IMG/VR virus record: IMGVR_UViG_2599185230_000001
Location: 1 to 64,000 of that record
DNA: 64,000 nt
DNA from: a virus
Lineage: Duplodnaviria > Caudoviricetes
Direction: 5' to 3' (one strand)
The notes beneath the pieces were generated by a model. The model was not told the origin of the DNA, did not search any database, and worked only from the letters and a program-made list of their open reading frames with translations. Position numbers and translations under genes: made by a program. Below, one piece after another: positions 18,909-27,421 of the stretch (position 1 is the first letter of the stretch; each line of letters opens with the position of its first letter).

Positions 18909-19089
18909 TCAAATCACCACCGCGCATAACCTTCTGCTTGTATTTTTTCTCAAATTCAACCCTTATGGCGGCGAATATAAACCTTTTTTCCTTTGCCGGA
19001 AGCCGCCAAATCTCTCCCGGGGTTTTACCCAGAGCTTTGGCAGCTTCCCACAGCATAAACGCTATTCGTCGCCCTCGGATAAGTTTTTT
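18901..19089 (-). CDS. -1 frameshift extension of the tail chaperone (gpGT-like)
   Basis: Slippery A AAA AAC at 19083-19089; -1 frame open (LIRGRRIAFMLWEAAKALGKTPGEIWRLP...) to TGA at 18901. Confidence 0.75.
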   Translation of the reverse strand, partial: KKLIRGRRIAFMLWEAAKALGKTPGEIWRLPAKEKRFIFAAIRVEFEKKYKQKVMRGGDLNG

Positions 19090-19505
19090 ATTTGATCAAT
19101 TTCCTTGGTTGAATTGTAGAAGCCTGATAAATCCATCACAATATCAACTAATTGCATTATTTCTCCGGAAAGTAATACCCTTTTGATTACCTGCTCGGCT
19201 CCGGAAGCCCGGTATTTCGACAGCAACTCGGGATGGTTCCAACGGACATTTTTATCATCGCCGATGGCAATGGTGGCCTCTGCAATCACAGCCCTGTTAT
19301 ACCTTTTGCGGTCAAGTTTTTCAATTTCTTCCCCGCGTACCTTTTCAATATTTGTATATTGCTTTTGCAGTTTTTCCAACTTGTCTTCCTTTAGACCCTG
19401 CAGCGTAAAAGAGAGACCTATGCGGGAAATTCCCACAGTCTTCTGCGGAATATTATCTTCCTCACTGGCCGCAAACAGTTTATCCAAAATAGCCTTTTCG
19501 TTCAT
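19062..19505 (-). CDS. Tail assembly chaperone (XkdN-like)
   Basis: W..PELL...LL.GEI...V..LSGF; position. Confidence 0.8.
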   Translation of the reverse strand: MNEKAILDKLFAASEEDNIPQKTVGISRIGLSFTLQGLKEDKLEKLQKQYTNIEKVRGEEIEKLDRKRYNRAVIAEATIAIGDDKNVRWNHPELLSKYRASGAEQVIKRVLLSGEIMQLVDIVMDLSGFYNSTKEIDQIKNLSEGDE

Positions 19506-19509
19506 TGGT

Positions 19510-19941
19510 TTACGCCTCCTCAATAGGATCAAGCAATTCATACCCAGTAAAAGTGAACGGTATTTCTTCCGTTACAAGCTCATTTGGTTTGAAATTCGCC
19601 AGGATAATCTTATCAAAGCTGACGTTTTTAAGCCTAATACGTTCAGCTCCGTATGCTTCCGGGTCATCCAGTTTAGTTATCAGTTCCGTCTTGGTGGGAA
19701 CGCCCCGGGCGCCTTGCGCCCAGGCATGCCTCTGAATCATTGCGCTGGTCACTTTAAAGCCGGTAATAGTCCCGGTTCCTGAAAGTCCGATAACCTTTTT
19801 ATGCAACCACCTGTCGCCGGACAAGCGGACATCGGCTTTATCAATAGTCACCTCAGCCGTAACTGCATTGACATTTTGTTGGTGCTCGCCGTTTTCCCAA
19901 AGCTCACCATAAGAGCCGTTTACAATGCGTTCAACATCCAC
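19510..19941 (-). CDS. Tail tube protein (XkdM-like)
   Basis: NG.YG.LW; GTGT; KLDDP...G.ER; E.PFTF. Confidence 0.9.
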   Translation of the reverse strand: MDVERIVNGSYGELWENGEHQQNVNAVTAEVTIDKADVRLSGDRWLHKKVIGLSGTGTITGFKVTSAMIQRHAWAQGARGVPTKTELITKLDDPEAYGAERIRLKNVSFDKIILANFKPNELVTEEIPFTFTGYELLDPIEEA

Positions 19942-19956
19942 TGATAATCACCGCCT

Positions 19957-21396
19957 TTAATAACGGATAATGCCGGTGCCGAAGATTTTTTCCATGCTAT
20001 CAATCACCCGGGCATTCCATTTCCAATAAAATTCATCACCGAGAGCATTGGCCTGCAGTTCAGTGTCAACTTCCACTGTAAAGTCGCCATTTATCAGGGT
20101 AGGAGCCAGGGTTTCAAAATATTTCTTAATGGCGGAAAGCAGCGCCGCCTGCCCATCGTTATTATTGAGCACCTTACCAATGTAATTATCATGGGCAGCC
20201 TGGGTTGTATCCACATCAATAGCATCAATGATCCTGATGATCTTAATCTTTTTCCATGCATCATCCTGGTCTTCTGACAGGGTGGTAAGGGTATTGATAC
20301 CTCTTTCAATAATTACCTTTTCGCCATCATGCATTAAAACCAGCGTACCGGCCCGAAGGGCACTCACGAATTGGTTATCCGTTAGCCTGGGCTGCACGTC
20401 ATCAAACGGTGTTACTGCATAAGTTAGGCTTTCGCGCAGCGCCTGGCCGGTGCCTTTGCTGGCTATATAGCAGGCCACCATACTGCTGGGATATAACACC
20501 CCGTCCAACTGAGCGCTAACCCCAACATTTACAATACCTTCATAATTAAAGCCGTTGGACCTGGCATTAGCTACAGTAATATCAGCATCATCAGTTGCCG
20601 ACCCGCCAAGGTAGGCGATAATCTTTTTACCTTCATTGCGCAGCCGGGCAACCCAGGCGGCCACCGAAGTCTGGAGCGCCGCGTCGGTAGCCCCGTCCAA
20701 AGTAAAGGCGTTGAAAATTCTGGCCTCAAAAACCGACATTGCGTCAATATAATCAGCATTAACAACTCCGGCACTGCCATCATTGCCACCGGCCAGAGGC
20801 TGGCTAACCACATTAGCAATGGTGCCGGCTCCATTATCCAATTTTGTGGCATCAATCCAAACGTTTTGAGAGTTTCCATTAATTGCGGCCACAGCATTAT
20901 CTACCACTGAAACCCCTTTGTCAAAGGTAAAGACAAATAGCTCAGTGGTATTCTCATAAAGGACAAGATCCTGTTTATTTACTGAATCAACCAGGTTCTC
21001 TCTGGTAGTTACTTTAAAACCTCTGGTTGTGGGATATTTGGAATCAATTTTTAGCACATTTGCCGCAGCGCCATCTTGCAGATTAATACTTGCCTTGGCT
21101 GCTACCCCATCCACTAAGCGGTATGCCAGGACGGTTTTAATACCGCCGAGCAAGGCCAGGCGTATACACGGGTAGGCGGTGTAATTACCTGTATCCTCAA
21201 TGTTGTAGGTATCTTTCAGCTCTTTCTCGGAGGTAATTTCCTTTATTTCCTTCGCAGGCCCCCAGTTGGCCTTTACCGGCATGGCCAATATGCCCCTTAC
21301 ACCAGGTTGAATTGCCGCCAGGGCTGCCGCAACAAAACGCATATAAAACCCCGCACGTTCAGGTTTATCCGTTTCAGACCAGGTTCCACCAGCCAT
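19957..21396 (-). CDS. Tail sheath protein (XkdK-like)
   Basis: MAGGTW; R.G.Y..F; WGP; GINT.T; KI..IR..D. Confidence 0.92.
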   Translation of the reverse strand: MAGGTWSETDKPERAGFYMRFVAAALAAIQPGVRGILAMPVKANWGPAKEIKEITSEKELKDTYNIEDTGNYTAYPCIRLALLGGIKTVLAYRLVDGVAAKASINLQDGAAANVLKIDSKYPTTRGFKVTTRENLVDSVNKQDLVLYENTTELFVFTFDKGVSVVDNAVAAINGNSQNVWIDATKLDNGAGTIANVVSQPLAGGNDGSAGVVNADYIDAMSVFEARIFNAFTLDGATDAALQTSVAAWVARLRNEGKKIIAYLGGSATDDADITVANARSNGFNYEGIVNVGVSAQLDGVLYPSSMVACYIASKGTGQALRESLTYAVTPFDDVQPRLTDNQFVSALRAGTLVLMHDGEKVIIERGINTLTTLSEDQDDAWKKIKIIRIIDAIDVDTTQAAHDNYIGKVLNNNDGQAALLSAIKKYFETLAPTLINGDFTVEVDTELQANALGDEFYWKWNARVIDSMEKIFGTGIIRY

Positions 21397-21624
21397 TTAT
21401 TTCACCTTCTTATTCATAAATTTCTTAACAGCCTGCTTCACTTCGGCTACGGTAAATTCATTTGCCGTATTACCGTGCAGGGCGCCGATCACCACTTCGG
21501 GAGGCACTTTAAATATGGCTTGCGCATTGGCAACCAAATCTTTTTTGGGATATTTACATTCAACCGGACCAGCGACTGTTTCTTTTTTAGCAATGTTTTC
21601 CTTGGTAATTTCACTTGCTGGCAT
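21397..21624 (-). CDS. Small phage protein preceding the sheath
   Basis: Coupled ORF; F.V..EV..GAL....FTV.E...A...F motif. Confidence 0.7.
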   Translation of the reverse strand: MPASEITKENIAKKETVAGPVECKYPKKDLVANAQAIFKVPPEVVIGALHGNTANEFTVAEVKQAVKKFMNKKVK

Positions 21625-21639
21625 TTAAGAACCACCACC

Positions 21640-22482
21640 TTAACTAATTGTTCCCCGGCTGCCAACGCGCATCATCAACGGCACATCGGCTGCCGGCCTG
21701 CTGGTATATCTGAAAAGGTTAAAAGTAAGCTGTCCCTTGGATATCGCATCCGCCTTAAAATCACAGGACGGATTCTGAATCGTCATATAAGTCCTGTCCT
21801 CCAGGTTCAGCGGTATCTTAATGCTTTCTTCCAGCTTTCCAAGCAATAGCAGCGCCGCCTGCATTTCATCATTAGGCGTACGGCCAAGTACATGTCCGCT
21901 TATTTGACGCACAACCTTATAAATTGCCTTACCAGCATTTTCAGACCTGTATCCGGATAACCGCCATAAAACCGAAGGCCGCATATATCCACGCGGCCAG
22001 CGGTTAACATATATTGTCCAATCCTGACCGATAGTTTGCGCCGTCCAGCTTGCCAGCGCAGTAAGCCATGGATCATCCTGCACCGTTTCCGGTACCTGGC
22101 CAGGACGCAGGGCCATGACTGTAAAGCGCAGGCAGCGTGTCAGCACATCCCATTCGTCTACGACAGTGTCGTCGCCCAAAACACCTTGATACATAAGAGT
22201 AAACGCATCATTATCCAGAGTTTCAAGCCTGGTATTATGCATAGCTGCCACTGTATCATTGCCCAGTTGATCAAGATCACCAAATGTTGTCCTGGCCACA
22301 CAAGGCCATATCTCAACATGACGTTGAAAGTTTACCCAAGAGCTTTTATCATCTTCAGAACCAAGTCTTAGCACCAGATATGGTTTAACGGTCTTGGCGC
22401 CGGCGGCATGTGGTTCATAAACCCGACCACCAATAGCGGGGAGGGAGGTGGCTAATTTTTGCCTTATTGTCTCTCGCACCAT
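21640..22482 (-). CDS. Tail completion/terminator-like protein
   Basis: Position between neck and sheath genes. Confidence 0.6.
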   Translation of the reverse strand: MVRETIRQKLATSLPAIGGRVYEPHAAGAKTVKPYLVLRLGSEDDKSSWVNFQRHVEIWPCVARTTFGDLDQLGNDTVAAMHNTRLETLDNDAFTLMYQGVLGDDTVVDEWDVLTRCLRFTVMALRPGQVPETVQDDPWLTALASWTAQTIGQDWTIYVNRWPRGYMRPSVLWRLSGYRSENAGKAIYKVVRQISGHVLGRTPNDEMQAALLLLGKLEESIKIPLNLEDRTYMTIQNPSCDFKADAISKGQLTFNLFRYTSRPAADVPLMMRVGSRGTIS

Positions 22483-22931
22483 CAACCCTCCCAATAATCC
22501 TGAATAGTTTGCTTCAGGCGATTCTTATGACTTTCAAGGGTCGGCTTTATAATCGGCTTTGCTTTCATACCCTTAATTTGCCGCACCATCAGAGGCTTGC
22601 TTGGATCTTTTGGATTGGGAATGCCGGGAATAACCAGTACTCTCGCATTAACCGGTTTTATAGGCTGCCGGGAAGGCCCGAATATCCCGGTGCCTTCCTC
22701 CAACATTGGTCCGTAATCCTTTCCATGGGCCAGGTATAGGTGAAACCCGTCACTCTCCAGGTCCACACCGGAATGAATAGCCTGCCTGGCATGCCCGGTC
22801 TGATCATTCCATGGAGCGTTTTGCTTGGCATATTGCTCCAGATTCCCAGCCCAGGCATCAAGTAAACCATGAAAACCGGCCATTTTCTGCCGCATAAACC
22901 GTGCTACGCTCCCCCCAATATTCATACCCAT
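22482..22931 (-). CDS. HK97 gp10-like neck protein
   Basis: AK.NAPW.D.TG.AR; Y...LE.GTG; G.KA.P. Confidence 0.8.
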   Translation of the reverse strand: MGMNIGGSVARFMRQKMAGFHGLLDAWAGNLEQYAKQNAPWNDQTGHARQAIHSGVDLESDGFHLYLAHGKDYGPMLEEGTGIFGPSRQPIKPVNARVLVIPGIPNPKDPSKPLMVRQIKGMKAKPIIKPTLESHKNRLKQTIQDYWEG

Positions 22932-23311
22932 CAGCTCACCAACTCCAAAGCTGCCTGGTAGCCTACCACTTGGCCTTGAACTATTTGGGGCTGCACAGAT
23001 ACTATGTTAAATGTACCGATACCAATAATTGTGAATTCATCAGTGATATTAGAGCCCTGCCTCAGATCAGCCTGCCAGTCGGCCAATAACCCCCAGCCAT
23101 CAGCAATATCCTTATTGCCAACCAGGTGCGAAACTGTTTTAGTGCTATCTCCAACCTGGAATATCCGAACGTTTAAAGGGCCAATTTGAGATGAAACATC
23201 CGTAAAATGGCCTTCCGTTTCCAGCTTTTCCGTCCGGTTAATGATAATAGTTACCGGGTTTTGATTAATTGACCAGATAATATTATTTCTCCTTGTTGTC
23301 ACCAAATCCAT
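22931..23311 (-). CDS. Head closure/head-tail joining protein
   Basis: Size and position. Confidence 0.6.
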   Translation of the reverse strand: MDLVTTRRNNIIWSINQNPVTIIINRTEKLETEGHFTDVSSQIGPLNVRIFQVGDSTKTVSHLVGNKDIADGWGLLADWQADLRQGSNITDEFTIIGIGTFNIVSVQPQIVQGQVVGYQAALELVS

Positions 23312-23670
23312 TATATTACCCCCGGTTTAGTCAATTTGAGAATGACGCCGGAAGATACCTTACCATTAGTTGCCGATGTGCCTAGAGAAGTGTATTGGTT
23401 AGCCATAGTTATAGCGTGAGCCAATTGATCCTTCAGTGACGTCAGATCATATTTCTCCTGACCCACGCTGTAACTTTCAATATCGCCCTGCAGTAGGCTG
23501 GCCTTAATAATCCACCCCTTGCCGGCAGCTTGGTAAACATTTTCCGCTTCCGTCAGCAGCTCATCCAGCTCCGATTCCAGGAACCTGGTGTCAGTCTCCG
23601 TACCTCCGGCAGGAATAATCTCATTCAGATATTTTCTAAGCCTGATTCGCAATTCTGCAGTAGAAGTCAT
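23311..23670 (-). CDS. Head-tail adaptor protein
   Basis: F...ELD.LL; ESYSVG.E.Y; follows capsid. Confidence 0.65.
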   Translation of the reverse strand: MTSTAELRIRLRKYLNEIIPAGGTETDTRFLESELDELLTEAENVYQAAGKGWIIKASLLQGDIESYSVGQEKYDLTSLKDQLAHAITMANQYTSLGTSATNGKVSSGVILKLTKPGVI

Positions 23671-23697
23671 CAACAGCACCGCCTTTCTGCAACATTA

Positions 23698-24744
23698 TTA
23701 GGCAGGCAGAGTTAGCTCTTCCACTGCATTGGCGGGGGAGGCAATCACACCGCGCCGCGCCCGGCCCACCATGGCATCTTCCACTAACCTGGTTATATCT
23801 GCTCCGGAAGCGTCAATGCGCAGATCATGCTTAACCAGCTCCCGGAAATATTTCTGACCCTCGATAAGGTATGCCTTGCCGGAATCCACGCCTGAATAGT
23901 CGTAAGTCTTTTCTCCAACCACCGCGCTCCAACCATCATAAAAAATAAGAGTATCAATCTGACTGATGGCGGGATAGATGGTGCCGCCGATTTGCATGCG
24001 CTGCAGGCATTCCTCGATATCCCAGCGATTACTGGAATGGGCCAGTAGAATATTGGGACGCCGCGGGCTTCTGGTATCCGTGTTCTTGTCCAGGGACGCA
24101 TGAATCAACCCGGCCTTGATGGTATTGCGGAGCTTTTCCAACTTTGTAGCGCCGGCAGCATCCGCTGCAGTTTTGTTTTTGGCCGCATAATTGAATTTTA
24201 TAATGGGGCTTAAATGAATATGGTTCAGCAAAGCGTTATATGCTTCACCAAAAGACCTATTGGCCTCGGCCATCTCCCAGGTCTTATCGTACAGCACCAT
24301 ATCCTCGGTCCACTGCAGCCCGGCGGCGCAAGTGATAATCGGCACGGTATCTTTGACACCGATCTTGCGGGTACCGAACTTAACTTCCTCCAGCTCCGCA
24401 TGCACCAAAAAAATCACCTGAGCTCCGGTAAAAGGCTTAACATCAACAAACTCAGTGAAATTAGCATCTTCCGTCCGGCGATAAATGGGAGTATAGAGTA
24501 AAGGAACGCTCTCGCGGCCCAGTTCCAAGTCAATTACTGATTTCTGCACCACATTTTCCAGCCCGGCAGGAGTGGTGATCATTTCACCCACAGGATTGGC
24601 CAATTCAAAAACTTCCATCTCTCCATTAACAATTTTCTTCTTGACCGACTTAATCTCACCACTGGGGGAAACGTAAAGCACATCCGCCTCAATGGTTTGC
24701 TTGCGTCGATCTTCCTTCAGAATTTCACTGCTTATGATTTTCAA
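23698..24744 (-). CDS. Major capsid protein
   Basis: 348 aa after scaffold and decoration genes. Confidence 0.7.
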   Translation of the reverse strand: MKIISSEILKEDRRKQTIEADVLYVSPSGEIKSVKKKIVNGEMEVFELANPVGEMITTPAGLENVVQKSVIDLELGRESVPLLYTPIYRRTEDANFTEFVDVKPFTGAQVIFLVHAELEEVKFGTRKIGVKDTVPIITCAAGLQWTEDMVLYDKTWEMAEANRSFGEAYNALLNHIHLSPIIKFNYAAKNKTAADAAGATKLEKLRNTIKAGLIHASLDKNTDTRSPRRPNILLAHSSNRWDIEECLQRMQIGGTIYPAISQIDTLIFYDGWSAVVGEKTYDYSGVDSGKAYLIEGQKYFRELVKHDLRIDASGADITRLVEDAMVGRARRGVIASPANAVEELTLPA

Positions 24745-24759
24745 AGCTTTCCACCTCCA

Positions 24760-25185
24760 TTAATGGGCCAGGACCTGCGGCCCAAGCTTAAGCCAGATAA
24801 CATTATTGGTGTCCTTGGCCTGGGTCACACGGCCCACGGGCCGGTTCTGTGGATTTCCGCTGGCATCATTGTTTGGCGCTGTAGTCAATAGACCGGTACC
24901 AACCGACCAATATATCTTGTCGCCCTTATCAAATGCGTCCGCCACGGTTATCTGACTGTTTTCATATTCCGCCGGCTCAATATTTAAAGTCACTTCCGCC
25001 GGTACCGAACCGGATGCAACTGCAGAGCCCTTGTAGCTGATAACATTGCCGTCAGCATCGGTTTTTATTGATTGCACCGCCATGCCAAAAAAACCATCCA
25101 ACAAGTAAAAATTACCCTGCGTGATGACCGTGCTTGCCGGCACGCTAACCACCACGGATTGACCGTCACTAACTTTTCTACCCAT
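24760..25185 (-). CDS. Capsid decoration protein (DUF2190-like)
   Basis: G.FG.A; F..GD.IYW; VG.V. Confidence 0.7.
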   Translation of the reverse strand: MGRKVSDGQSVVVSVPASTVITQGNFYLLDGFFGMAVQSIKTDADGNVISYKGSAVASGSVPAEVTLNIEPAEYENSQITVADAFDKGDKIYWSVGTGLLTTAPNNDASGNPQNRPVGRVTQAKDTNNVIWLKLGPQVLAH

Positions 25186-25198
25186 GATTCTTACCTCC

Positions 25199-25381
25199 TT
25201 AGCTTAAAACTTGTACCTGCTGTGAAGCCGGCTTTCCGTTTGACAACACCTTTGGCCCGGGCTGTTGTGCCGGCGTGTTCTTGATTATGCCCTGGCGGCT
25301 GACAGGACGGTTTTCAAATTTACCGCCGGCGCCATTACTGACGAATGATTGTGACTGGGGATTGAACCTGACCAGACTCAT
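25199..25381 (-). CDS. Small low-complexity protein
   Basis: 60 aa, ATGA overlap with the upstream stop, fills the gap. Confidence 0.45.
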   Translation of the reverse strand: MSLVRFNPQSQSFVSNGAGGKFENRPVSRQGIIKNTPAQQPGPKVLSNGKPASQQVQVLS

Positions 25382-26499
25382 ATAGACACCTTCCTGGCCA
25401 CCAGCATACCGCCTGACTCTTTCGTTTTCTGCCCGCCGCCGATATACGCAGGCCGGTCAATAAGCAACTTACTCAAAGCATCTTTTAACGCCTGGTCATT
25501 CAGTACCTTATCAATTTCACCGGCAACCTGTTCTTTAGTAGCGCCTTCCGGGATGGCCAGCATCTTTTTAACAAGTGACTGGGCAATTTCACCACTGACT
25601 TTTTCTTTAATGACCTGGTCAATCAGCTCAGCCTGGCCGGCTTTTTTCTTCTCTTCCAGAGCTTCATTAGCTTCCTTGGCCCGGGCCAATACATCCATCT
25701 CACCTGTAATCCCCAGTGCTTCCCGAACTTTACCCAGCAATTCCTCGTTACCTTTCATAGCCTCAAGCCATTTTGCGTCCAATTCTCCGGCCAGAGACGA
25801 GGCTGTCCAGCCCATTTCGCCGGCCAACTGGCCCATGGTGATTTCCCGGCCATTAAGCATTTTTTTCAACACTGCAATCAGTTCCTGAAAATTCATATGT
25901 TGAGCACCTCCAATAATTTGATCCATCTCTCCCGTGGCCACAATGCGCGTCGGCATCCCGGCCCGGTCCAGAGGCGTCCAGTCAATGGACATGGGCATAT
26001 AATCCACTACTTGCGTTTCCCCGGCGACTTTTATGAGTTTCGGAATACCAAAGATAGAAACTTGGTTGATACGGTTGGACCTGATCCACCGTTTCAAGTC
26101 TTTAGCCGCAGCATCAACCACACCTCGAAAATAGGCCTTTCCGTCCTTCCAGGCAGCGCCTACCCAGTGAGTTACAGGTGGTTTAAACTCACTTTCCACA
26201 TCTTCAGGCTTCTGATGCCCCAAGAAGCCTGAAAGTGTCTTTTCCTGGACGTGCTTGACGATGGCTTGAATAGCTTCCGGTTTGTAATTCCAGCCTCGTT
26301 TGGACCTACCAGCCGGTACTTCCATCACAACTTCCAGCGGGTCTTCATCTCCGGCTTTAAGGGTTGTCAAGTCTACCCCAGGCGCTAATGGTATATCATC
26401 CGGCTTTATTTCACCGGAAATGCCGGCCTGGAGATAAACCACCGGCTCATTATGGCCGGCCATTTCTCCAACCGGTTGTAACAACCAAAATACCTGCAT
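25378..26499 (-). CDS. Prohead protease/scaffold (Mu I/Z position)
   Basis: N-terminal GFLGH...VSIFG domain, C-terminal coiled coil with repeated GEM motifs. Confidence 0.65.
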   Translation of the reverse strand: MQVFWLLQPVGEMAGHNEPVVYLQAGISGEIKPDDIPLAPGVDLTTLKAGDEDPLEVVMEVPAGRSKRGWNYKPEAIQAIVKHVQEKTLSGFLGHQKPEDVESEFKPPVTHWVGAAWKDGKAYFRGVVDAAAKDLKRWIRSNRINQVSIFGIPKLIKVAGETQVVDYMPMSIDWTPLDRAGMPTRIVATGEMDQIIGGAQHMNFQELIAVLKKMLNGREITMGQLAGEMGWTASSLAGELDAKWLEAMKGNEELLGKVREALGITGEMDVLARAKEANEALEEKKKAGQAELIDQVIKEKVSGEIAQSLVKKMLAIPEGATKEQVAGEIDKVLNDQALKDALSKLLIDRPAYIGGGQKTKESGGMLVARKVSI

Positions 26500-26770
26500 A
26501 AATTCACCTCCCTGCAAATTGGTAAAAAAATAAAAGCCCTTTAAAAGGCTCTTACTCCCAATTAACTTATTACAGATTAAATTTTAGGCTCATACACAAG
26601 AGCTGGTTACAAATTTCACTGGCCGCTTAAAAGCCGTTTTAAGCCACCTTTTTTATATAGGTAGTATGTTTACACCTAAATAACTTTTTACCCCCGTGAT
26701 CACGCGTGATCACGGCCTTAGAATTGATTTCAAACTTTACCCTTACCCCTTTATTTAGTCTTTCAACTGA
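26500..26770. other. Central intergenic region, candidate strong gyrase site
   Basis: Contains the prophage midpoint (26569); alternating AT/GC tracts; 22-bp palindrome at 26694-26715. Confidence 0.45.
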
Positions 26771-27118
26771 TTACTCACTTGATACATGTCCGATAAACTC
26801 AAATGCTTCTTTCGGAGTCACCCCATTCCATAGGTCAGACATAGCGAGCATTGGAAATAATGCTCCTGTAAGATAAGTAATAAAACTCTCTGAGGGCTGA
26901 CGTTTAACCAAACCCGTCTGCTTAACCTTTTCAGCAGCCAAATGCAGCATTTCGTGTAATAGGATATGATGTTTACCAACCGGATGTTGGTCAACCTCGA
27001 TACCAATTTCACCTGTTTTCCGGTCAAAATAACCAAGCTTACCGCTAAGTGATTTTTCAACCACTGGTAGTAATTGCCCCGGGGCAGCAATTATACTTTT
27101 CGGTAGTGGATTCGCCAT
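26771..27118 (-). CDS. Small HEXXH protein
   Basis: G.F......I.I...HILLHEMLH...E. Confidence 0.65.
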   Translation of the reverse strand: MANPLPKSIIAAPGQLLPVVEKSLSGKLGYFDRKTGEIGIEVDQHPVGKHHILLHEMLHLAAEKVKQTGLVKRQPSESFITYLTGALFPMLAMSDLWNGVTPKEAFEFIGHVSSE

Positions 27119-27187
27119 TTATAATCAACACCTTTATGTGTTATTCGCCCCTACAAAAGATGCCGTAATCTTCTCCGCTAAGACCAT

Positions 27188-27421
27188 TTAGGGAATACGA
27201 GAAAAACCCCGGAAATCTCCCGGCGGGTCGTATAAGTTCCTGACGCCTCGTTTCATCACCGCCACCATATGCCGGTTAACCTCATCGGGAAGCTGGTTAA
27301 ACTGTATATCCGGGTACAACCCCGGAAAAGTTGCCTTTAAAACTTCCTTACAATCTTCAAACGTACCGGCTTGCATAAAGCGCTTAAGCGCATCGTCAGG
27401 CATATTAAGCTTCTCCCGCAT
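27188..27421 (-). CDS. Small protein overlapping the MuF stop (candidate immunity protein)
   Basis: 77 aa, coupled to MuF. Confidence 0.5.
   Translation of the reverse strand: MREKLNMPDDALKRFMQAGTFEDCKEVLKATFPGLYPDIQFNQLPDEVNRHMVAVMKRGVRNLYDPPGDFRGFSRIP

Noticed and set aside
16942-19782. Long plus-strand ORFs (286, 185 and 199 aa) and similar antisense ORFs across the prophage
   Set aside because: Shadows of well-supported minus-strand genes; no SD or recognisable motifs.
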